From positions 44,454,001 through 44,518,000 of the forward strand of contig NC_043000.1 of assembly GCF_006345805.1 (NCBI RefSeq): 64,000 nucleotides of DNA. The letters run 5' to 3'. Position numbers and translations under genes: made by a program. The DNA is from Octopus sinensis. Taxonomy: Eukaryota. Of this stretch, positions 54,895 to 64,000 are shown in pieces; within the stretch, counting starts at the first letter, position 1, and every line of letters begins with the position of its first letter. Under the pieces are notes generated by a model, which had not been told where the DNA came from, searched no databases, and saw only the letters and a list, made by a program, of their open reading frames with translations.

Positions 54895-54942
54895 AGACCT
54901 GTATCACAGTGATTTCATACTTACGTACTCATCAGCAGGCCT
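54895..54942 (-). ncRNA. Type I hammerhead ribozyme
   Basis: Exact reverse complement of 55893-55940. Confidence 0.82.
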
Positions 54943-55375
54943 GAATGTATTATAAATAAACAACAACCCTGCCTCGCTTAAGCCGATCAGCTAACTGATC
55001 AACATCAACGAAGCACATGGGTGAGTTTACATATATTACATCCGGATAAATGGCAAACTTTTACGAATTGCATTTCGGGAGACGAAAAGTTTTTTCGGAA
55101 TAAAAATTTAGCAATTAAGGACAACTACTTAATAAGGAAAACTTAACAAGAAATTGTCAGGTAGATAGCGTGAAAACCTCATAAGAGAAAAAATTTCGAA
55201 AATAATTATTTCTTATTGAACATATTAATTTATATATAGAGGGCATTATACATACATGCCAGAAGGCATTATACATACAAGCCACACGCTAAGAGGGACA
55301 ATTAGTCATTTCTACCAAAAATATTACTAATCCCACCGAATGCAATTTTTCAAAGTAAGACATTTAAAAAAATAT

Positions 55376-55423
55376 AGACCTGTATCACAGTGATTTCATA
55401 CTTACGTACTCATCAGCAGGCCT
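55376..55423 (-). ncRNA. Type I hammerhead ribozyme
   Basis: Exact reverse complement of 55893-55940; 481 nt from the previous copy. Confidence 0.82.
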
Positions 55424-55892
55424 GAATGTATTATAAATAAACAACAACCCTGCCTCGCTTAAGCCGATCAGCTAACTGATCAACATCAACGAAGCACATG
55501 GGTGAGTTTACATATATTACATCCGGATAAATGGCAAACTTTTACGAATTGCATTTCGGGAGAGGAAAAGTTTTTTCGGAAAAAAAATTTAGCAATTAAG
55601 GACAACTACTTAATAAGGAAAACTTAACAAGAAATTGTCCGGTAGATAGCGTGAAAACCTCATAAGAGAAAAAATTTCGAAAATAATTATTTCTTATTGA
55701 ACATATTAATTTATATATAGAGAGGGCATTATACATACATGCCAGAAGGCATTATACATACAAGCCACACGCTAAGAGGGACAATTAGTCATTTCTACCA
55801 AAAATATTACTCACCCATGTGCTTCGTTGATGTTGATCAGTTAGCTGATCGGCTTAAGCGAGGCAGGGTTGTTGTTTATTTATAATACATTC

Positions 55893-55940
55893 AGGCCTGC
55901 TGATGAGTACGTAAGTATGAAATCACTGTGATACAGGTCT
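55893..55940 (+). ncRNA. Type I hammerhead ribozyme
   Basis: aggcctg (stem I)-CTGATGA-gtac-GTAA-gtat (stem II, GNRA loop)-GAAA-tcac-t-gtga-TA (stem III, AUA site, predicted cut after 55933)-caggtct (stem I'). Confidence 0.85.
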
Positions 55941-56376
55941 ATATTTTTTTTAAATGTCTTACTTTGAAAAATTGCATTCGGTGGGATTAGTAATATTTTT
56001 GGTAGAAATGACTAATTGTCCCTCTTAGCGTGTGGCTTGTATGTATAATGCCTTCTGGCATGTATGTATAATGCCCTCTCTATATATAAATTAATATGTT
56101 CAATAAGAAATAATTATTTTCGAAATTTTTTCTCTTATGAGGTTTTCACTCTATCTACCTGACAATTTCTTGTTAAGTTTTCCTTATTAAGTAGTTGTCC
56201 TTAATTGCTAAATTTTTTTTCCGAAAAAACTTTTCCTCTCCCGAAATGCAATTCGTAAAAGTTTGCCATTTATCCGGATGTAATATATGTAAACTCACCC
56301 ATGTGCTTCGTTGATGTTGATCAGTTAGCTGATCGGCTTAAGCGAGGCAGGGTTGTTGTTTATTTATAATACATTC

Positions 56377-56424
56377 AGGCCTGCTGATGAGTACGTAAGT
56401 ATGAAATCACTGTGATACAGGTCT
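56377..56424 (+). ncRNA. Type I hammerhead ribozyme
   Basis: Identical to 55893-55940, 484 nt downstream. Confidence 0.85.
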
Positions 56425-56559
56425 ATATTTTTTTTAAATGTCTTACTTTGAAAAATTGCATTCGGTGGGATTAGTAATATTTTTGGTAGAAATGACTAAT
56501 TGTCCCTCTTAGCGTGTGGCTTGTATGTATAATGCCTTCTGGCATGTATGTATAATGCC

Positions 56560-56599
<40 letters not shown>

Positions 56600-56744
56600 T
56601 CTGTGCATGAAAAGATAGCACGATGGACAAGGTTTGAATAAATTAGGTCATACATTCTACTCATTCAAGGAATTATTTCCCTCAATGAGTAGAATGATGA
56701 TAATGATGATGATGATGATGATGACGACGACGACGAATAATAAT

Positions 56745-56850
56745 AACAAAACAACCATACACTGGGAAATGCCAATACACACATATAAAGAAAACAAAGC
56801 TCTCAGACCAGATAGTGTCGTCCAGGACCACCAAGTAAAGGGTGCCTTCT
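56745..56850 (+). mobile_element. Short R4/Dong-like RLE-domain fragment
   Basis: KTTIHWEMPIHTYKENKALRPDSVVQD aligns with KATILWDMPIYTDREMKANRPDIFVRD of the 35-37.6 kb LINE. Confidence 0.6.
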
Positions 56851-57267
56851 AATCAAATGACAATGTATTTCTAAAAAGAACAAAAAGTCTGGAAATTTAA
56901 AACTCTGGAAATAGAGTTAAGCTTAATACGGGGTCTGAAAAGAGATATAATCCCTATAATAATAGGTGCATAAACTATTCTTAAAATGCACACAGAAAAT
57001 ATATATCTAAAATACCATGTCTTACGAATGTATATAAGATGCAGAAAATAGCACTGCTTGGCCTGCACATAGCCTGCATAAAATATTTTAAATATACAAA
57101 AATAACTCCTAAACAAACGACAGCATATACTCAAGGCACCGGGAGGAGCATTCAGTGGGGTACTAAAAGCACGTGATATAAACACGAGAACTGAATAATA
57201 ATGATGATGATGATGATGATGATGACGACGACGACAACGACGACGACGACGACGATGACGACGACAA

Positions 57268-57474
57268 TGATTTCAAATTTTGGCACTAGGCTATCAATTT
57301 CAGAGGAGAGGATAACTCCATTACATCGACACCGGTTTTCAACTGGAAATTATTTTATCGACCCAGAAAGGCAAAGTAGAAATCGGTGAAATTTGAACTG
57401 AAAACGTGACGACGGACGAAAAGCCGTTAAATCATTTCTTCCAGCGTGTTAATAATTCTGCAAGCTCGCAGCCT
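57268..57474 (-). mobile_element. SINE family A copy
   Basis: ggcactaggc...ttacatcgacaccgg...ttttatcgacccagaaagg...gaaatttgaactgaaaacg...ctgcaagctcgcagcct. Confidence 0.7.
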
Positions 57475-57534
57475 AGACGATGATGATAATGACCATGATG
57501 ATGATGATGGTGATATTAATAATGATAAAGCGAT

Positions 57535-57990
57535 AGCCTATTACCATTGTTTGTGATTTGTATGGTAACCCTTCACACAGATACTTCTGTTCTAGAGCAC
57601 AACAGACCGAACCTATCGGTGGTGGACAAGGTGCTCTACATATGCTATACAGTTGACGTTGCATGTCCCTTTGACCCACGAATATTCAAGAAGGAAAGTG
57701 AAAAGATAGATAGATATGTACGAAATAGCCCGGCTATAGAAAATGAAAGTGAAAATAGTGCCAATTATTGTTGGGTCCTTAGGAACAGAATCAGAAAGCA
57801 TCATGGGTAATATAAAGGAAATTGGAATAGAGTTCCCAGTAGAACTGTTGCAAACGGTTTGCCCCTTGGCACAGCCAGAATAATCAAGAAAGTGCTAGAA
57901 AAGAACGAATAGCATGTTACCGTAAGTCTCAATAGTAATCCCGCTATGCATGCAAGACTGCAGGAGCCCCACAAGACCTCCGAGGTCTAT
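57535..57990 (+). mobile_element. 3' end of a second RLE-type (R2/R4-like) LINE
   Basis: TLHTDTSVLEHNRPNLSVVDK...TVDVACPFD...EKIDRY / IVPIIVGSLG...LGTARIIKKVL with stop at 57910-57912, then a putative 3'UTR. Confidence 0.75.
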
Positions 57991-58934
57991 TTTAGCTTTC
58001 ATCCTTCAGCAATAGATAAAACGTTACCAGTTGAGCACTTGCCGGCCTTCTGCCAAAATTTGTAATTATTATTACTACCATCATCATCGTCGTCGTCATT
58101 GTTCTAAGTGTTCTTAAATATCATTGTGAAAATCTATGACTTCATCTTGATCCTGGGAATTCGGATTTATTACTAAGCACAAGAAAATATTTGCATGTAG
58201 CGGATAATTCGTTATACTGTTTTTCATGTCTACCATATGTCAGTGACATAATGTTTGTCCTTTGGGGCATACTTTATTTTTCTGTTTCTGTCAAAATTGA
58301 AAGAAAGATTGCTTCTCGTCAGACAAACACCCTTTCAAAACAGACAAGTGAACATAATTAAACAATGTGCAGGAGATAAAAGGAAAGCAAATTTAATTTC
58401 GAGCACAATGTACGCATGTAAATAAGTACATCATAACGATTACAAAACAGCAATGTCAGCAGTTTTAGTAATACTGATAAGAATAATAAGAGAAGCATCA
58501 AAAACAAGAACTAGAACAACAAGGGTAGCAGCTGCATCGGCAATAACAAAAAATGCAGTCATTTGCCACAGAAAAAAATCTAATTTGAGTCAAAGAAGGT
58601 GTTTTGTTCTCTGACACATACAACATAGTGAGCAAATCTTTCTTTCACGATGCTCGTGTATACATGTAAGATGTTATGAATGTGAATGGGAACTAGCACC
58701 GAAGTATATGATTTGCTGCTAAGGTAATAGCGATGCACCAGAGACATTACTAATCATTGAATTCAGACCAGTAGCATAACGTCAGCTAATTTGGTAGTAT
58801 AGCGACAGGAAAACTCATTGCCTACATTCTCTTCCGTTCTCTCCATCCCTCTCTCTCCTTTCTTTCTTTTCCTCTCTCCGTTTTATGGAATTAGAACTAC
58901 TGATTCTGCCAAGGCAACACTCAAACAAAAACAA

Positions 58935-59151
58935 CAATCCTTTCTACCATATACACAAGGCCTGAACTTTTAGGGGAGGGGACCTGTTGATTACATCGAC
59001 TCCAGTGTTTCACTGGTACTTAATTTATTGAGCCAGAAAGATGAAAGACAAAGTTGACCTCAGCGGAATTTGAACTCAGAACTAGCAGGCAGACGAAATG
59101 TTGCTAATCACTTTGCCCGGTGTGCCAATTGTTCCGTCAGCTCACCGCCTT
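58935..59151 (-). mobile_element. SINE family A copy
   Basis: cacaaggcctgaac...gattacatcgactccagtg...gttgacctcagcggaatttgaactcagaac...cagctcaccgcctt. Confidence 0.75.
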
Positions 59152-60009
59152 AATAACGTTAGTCACTCACGTCGATTTTGACGTATGAATGTTTGAAATA
59201 AAAATATTAAAAAAATGATTATAAGGCAAAATAAGAGATGTTGCATCTATTTGCGTTGGGGGTGTGAATACAATTTGAGTCCAGGTATTGCTTTTGCTTT
59301 AAAGTAACAATAGAGACGTTGAAGATTATGGTTTGCCAGGGAGTGAATAAATATGACTGTTGATTGCAGGATATAATCCTTTAATTGTTCTGTTTTTCCG
59401 GTTGTTTAGCTGCCACATGACACTTTGTACGGTACTTACGTCGATGTTGATAATACATTTCGAAAGATGCTTAAACAAGATGTAACGATTTTAGAGATTG
59501 TTTCAACTGTTCCTTAAACCTAAGGACAGGTCTGCTTTACCACACAATCCCTCTATGTGTTGGCCATATAAAAGAATTTTCGGAATGCCATCATCTTGCA
59601 TACGAACAACATGTCCTTACCAAATGCATTGAATTCTGAAAAGCATGCTTTCGATGGTGGAGATACATTTTACGTATTTTATGTATTTTATGTGGAAGAT
59701 ATTGCGCAGACAGCACATGTGAAAAGTTTCAAGTTTGTTTATATGTTTGTAATAGAGAGTTCGTGTTTCAGTCTCGTACAAAAGCGTGCTCAAAATAAAT
59801 GATGTATATACACCTGTTTCAGTTTTAAAACTGACGTCGTGTTAATTCCATTAAGGAAGAGAAAGTTTTCCAAAAGCACTTGTAGTCTTAAATATTCCGA
59901 CATTGATTTCGTCATCAAAAGTACTCTTAGATTTTATTGTACTTTCAAGATATTTAAATGACGTAATTTGAGTGGCTTATTGTCACATACGAATCATCAC
60001 TATAATCTG

Positions 60010-60490
60010 TCCCCGGCCTTTGTTGGAATAAAACGTCTTTCTTCTGAATGCTAATAGTAAGCCCAAATGCATGAGCTGCAGCAGCAAATCTGTCAGCTAT
60101 TTTCTGAATTCCCTCAAATATATGAGAAATCACAGCGCAATGAGCAGCTAACAGAAATTCACTTAGAATCGCTTCCTTTGTCTTTTTCTTGGTCCCGAAG
60201 CTTTGTCCATTTACATGTAGTAGATCTCCATCTGTACAATACTCAAATTTTGCAGTTTCATAGTAATCCTTAAAAGCATGTTGGGAGCATCATCGAAAAG
60301 AATATGGCAACAGTACAGGAGCAAAACAAAACAGCCCTGCTTAGTTCCAGTAGAGACAGAAAATACCTCTGGACATTGACCGTTAGTTATCACTGTTGCT
60401 ATAACTCCTTCGTGTAGAGATACTGTTACCTTCATCAATTTATTATTCACTGTGTCAAAGACCTTGGGCAACTCGACAAAGACCATGTAG
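60010..60490 (-). mobile_element. RTE-BovB-like RT fragment (central domains)
   Basis: FVELPKVFDTV...LHEGVIATV...FSVSTGTKQGC / LLAAHCAVISH...IQKIADRFAAAAHAFGLTISIQK. Confidence 0.8.
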
Positions 60491-61109
60491 AAATTAATAT
60501 TTTGCTTGAATTGCCTAACGGCATTATTTATGTCCCAAATCGATATTGAGATTAATAATACATGCGGTTTAATACATGCTTATTGACGCAGTTAAGAAAC
60601 ACTGTCGAAAATATTTTTCCAGCAATTCACAGCAAATGTATTCCCTTTTTATTATCAAATAAAATATTCTTCCCTTTGTTTAAATACAAGTGTGTTATAG
60701 TTGCATTTTTTTAACTGTTGGAGAACAGATCCAGTTTCCCAGATCGAACAGATGAATCTGGGTAAATTTCTTACAAGCTGCCAACTGTGATGCGTGTAAA
60801 CGTCTTTGAGAATATCATCCTGTCCAAGAGCTTTACTATTGCAATTTTTATTTTATTTAAATAGCAGTACTTATCTTTTCGTAGGTAGTATCTTCTGCAA
60901 ATTACTCAAGTTAGATTATGAAAGATTTCATTGATTACTTCAGGATCAATAGAGAACTTTTGATTGAATGCGAATTTGAAGTGTTCAGTTCAGTTTTTTC
61001 ATAATTTCAACTTTACTACTTAAGAGATTTGACCTGCCATTTAAAATGATAGGTTTCATAACGAACGTTTTTTGGGGAATTTCATCTTACTGCTATGGCG
61101 GCATCAGAA

Positions 61110-61120
61110 TCAGCAGTAGT

Positions 61121-61200
<80 letters not shown>

Positions 61201-61322
61201 GTGGAGGAGGTGGAAGAGACTGAGGGGAAGGAGAAGGAGAAAGAGGAGGAGAGGAGGAGGTGCTTTTGTTGTGGTTATAGTAATAGTAATTGTAGCAACA
61301 GCAGCAGCAGCTGCAGCAGTAC
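61110..61322. repeat. (AGC)/(AGT)/(AGG) trinucleotide low-complexity tract
   Basis: Directly visible. Confidence 0.9.
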
Positions 61323-61679
61323 CCTAGTTAATCTTGTTGAAGGATAAGAACGAGAAGAGAAAGATGAGATTAGGGAATTTCATCTCCTTATTGCTATGGG
61401 TCTAACTTTATGAATTGATCGTCCATTTAAATTTGAACTAGTTTTGAACAATTACAAAAGCGGTTCAGTAATAGGTCAGATCGAATGTGTTATTTCTCGG
61501 TTCTTCATGTCAATCATACTTCAGAAATCTAGAATACTCTATTTAACACGATACTCATACTACAAGACTTGCAAATATTTTAAACATACTTTCAAACAAT
61601 TTATAAACTTTTAAACATTTACAACAATAATAGAGTGAAATCCATTACTGATTCTAATATATAAGAGCATATCGTAACT

Positions 61680-61840
61680 AGCGAACTAGCAGAATCGTTA
61701 GCGCGCCGAGCAAAATTCTTTGCAACATTTCATCTGTCATTATGTTCTGAGTCAACTTTCCTTTTCATCCATTTGGGGTCGATAGAATAAAAATCATTAG
61801 AACCTGGAGTTTGTGTAATCGAGTTAAGCCCTCATCCTTC
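61680..61840 (+). mobile_element. SINE family A copy
   Basis: gcgaactagcagaatcgttagcgcgccgagcaaaa...gttctgagtc...ggggtcgatag. Confidence 0.65.
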
Positions 61841-63044
61841 TGTCAAAATCTGAAAACGATATATAGTATATTGTTCAAATATATCTTCCAATATAAACGT
61901 GAAATGATGTCATATCATTGCAGAAGAGAAGGTGCGGAATCAATTATACAGCCCTATATACAATTTACATTTAACATACTAAATGCGTAGACATAATTGT
62001 TTTTGCAAATGCCACAGCAAAAATTTCCAGGCAACGTGTAGCTTGCAGCAACGAGAAATAAGAAAATATAATGAGGCAAATACGCACCATGCAAGACAGG
62101 TCTTTTTGAACTGTTGTTAGGTTAACCAATTTATTCACGGGTAAATCGGTGAAGGTTTTTACTTACAATTTCAGAAGAAAAGTAAGTGAAACACGAAATG
62201 AGAAAACCCCCAATCATTACCGTGAAAGCGTAATGGCATCATAACTGTTTGTAAAGATGTTTTCAGTGTCACTATTGTGATAGACAAAGGCGAAGAATAT
62301 CAACGAAGTTTTGCAAACATAGAGAAAAAAGAATAAACAACTGATTTGAGAGAGGGAGATATTGAAACTAAAAGTTTCTAATGATTCGTGAAAACAGTAT
62401 TGTAAACGTTATTCCATCGATCAAGCAATGAATATTTGCATCTCACGTGGTAATTAGGATTACTTTTAATGCGATAACAGCCGTTGCAATCCATACTTAT
62501 GTCTTCATTATCTTGCTTATTATAATCACAAACATCATCAGCTACATCATCGTTATCCTTACTATATACATCGTCATCTACATAATCTTCGGCGTCACCG
62601 TCATCATAATCATGATATATATTCTTCATTACCATCAACGTCATTCACACCATAAATATCATTAGCAGTATTAAATGGTCTTTTTCGCATTATGATACTT
62701 ATAAACACAATAACGTTTCTCTCACTATCAACCTTAAATATCTGACTTTAATATCATAAATATACCCAGCAATTTATTTATTATTAATATCATCGTCACC
62801 AGCAACTTCACGCAGTCGTTATTGCTGCTAACTTCGCTGCTATCTTTGTGGTTGTCGCACAATGGCAGTAGCTTCCATTGTCATTACTGCAATCATCATC
62901 ATTCTCATCATCCTCATCCTCATCAGCAGCAGCATCATTAAAATTATTTTAATGTCCAGAAGGCAAAGAATTAGCAGAGTTGCTGAACTTCGGTAAAATT
63001 CCTTTACATCTTATCTTCTGCTGCTTTAAATGCTGAGTTTAAAT

Positions 63045-63157
63045 CTGTGAATGGTAAAGTAGACCCTGGTGGCATTTGAACTCTGAACGTAAAGATGGAC
63101 GAAATAGCGCTAAGCACTTGGTTCAAGGCACTAACGTTCCTGCCGCCTTGCCGCCTT
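63045..63157 (-). mobile_element. SINE family A 5' part
   Basis: ggcatttgaactctgaacgtaaagatggacgaaatagcgctaagcac...ctaacg...gccgcctt. Confidence 0.65.
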
Positions 63158-63279
63158 AATAACAATAATTATGATACTAACACTAACAACAATAATAATA
63201 TTTCATGTTACTGCAGTAGAGATTTAAGAAAAATATAGCTGAGAATTCTTTCTTATCGTAAATTCTCTCTTTATTCATT

Positions 63280-63640
63280 GACATTAGTGAAGATGGTGGT
63301 GGTGGTGGTGGTTTTGATTGTGGTTGTGGTGGTGGTAATCATGATGATGATGATGATGATGATGATAAGCGGGAAGAAGATAAAAAACATCGAAGGCGGA
63401 GTCTGCAATGCTGGCATCAGGAGCATTTACTGCAGTTCTGATGATAATGCTGATGATGATCCTGGTGTACTGGTGGTGATGGTTGTGGTGGTGGTTGGGA
63501 TGATGACGACGAAGACAACTGTGACGAAGACTATGACGATGATGATGATAATGACGACAAAGTTCATTATGATTGTTGTAACGACAACGATGATGATGAT
63601 GATTGGGACAAACACAACGACGACAACGCAGATCCATCCA
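63280..63640. repeat. (GGT)/(GAT)/(GAC) low-complexity tract
   Basis: Directly visible; it generates spurious poly-H/V/M ORFs. Confidence 0.9.
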
Positions 63641-64000
63641 ATTAAATTTCTAAATTTCTCTTCCTTACTAGAATTTAGATGATTAATAAACTTAACAAGA
63701 TAGCTGATAAGACCATAAAATTTAATTGAGATATTCATACCAGTAGAATTTTTAATTGAATTCGAACCGCTTACAGCCGCGGATTATCTTTTGTTTTATA
63801 TTATATTGATATTATTTGGAAATTTGGAGGAACTATTATAACTTTATCCATTAATTTCAACTAGTAAAATATATCTCCGTTCTAGTTTTTGTAGTTGTTT
63901 TTCTTGATTTTATTGTTTATAACTGAATGAATTCTTATTTCGTCGCTACCGTTAATTATTATTATTCAATTTTAATGTAAAACATTAAGATTTTAGATTT

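Larger units (their letters stand above)
54627..56580. mobile_element. Non-LTR retrozyme-like array: ~482-bp units, 2.45 tandem units plus ~1.6 inverted units, flanked by (TA)n
   Basis: Units start at 54627, 55110 and 55591 (only a few differences). The inversion junction is at 55809-55811 (act microhomology). Four hammerhead motifs are present. Confidence 0.85.

Noticed and set aside
54627-56580. CRISPR array or plain satellite
   Set aside because: There is no repeat-spacer alternation. The whole unit repeats and contains a ribozyme motif.
63278-63738. His-, Val- and Met-rich ORFs of 103-134 aa
   Set aside because: Trinucleotide low-complexity DNA that is open in several frames; no splice or domain support.

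Overview
AT-rich, microsatellite-dense eukaryotic DNA made mostly of intron/intergenic sequence and transposon relics. The repeat families and composition suggest a coleoid cephalopod such as Octopus (inference only). No complete host gene is recognisable; a few weak minus-strand candidate exons lie at 34.1, 38.0 and 40.3 kb. Mobile content: many tRNA-derived SINEs, RTE/BovB LINE fragments, a near-full but broken R4/Dong-type LINE inside a (TAA)n tract, an internally deleted Penelope-like element, a degenerate Gmr1-like Gypsy LTR element, a Chapaev-like transposase relic and two MITEs. The main result is at 54.6-56.6 kb: a near-identical ~482-bp tandem repeat, in two divergent arms between (TA)n tracts, carrying four copies of a complete type I hammerhead ribozyme motif. 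This fits a non-LTR retrozyme (self-cleaving, probably circRNA-forming retroelement). Degenerate hammerheads also occur in the Penelope terminus (32.5 kb) and in a tRNA-headed, (AAT)n-centred SINE-like element (34.5 and 37.7 kb). Together they suggest a set of Penelope-dependent, ribozyme-bearing retroelements. All folds and alignments were done by eye.
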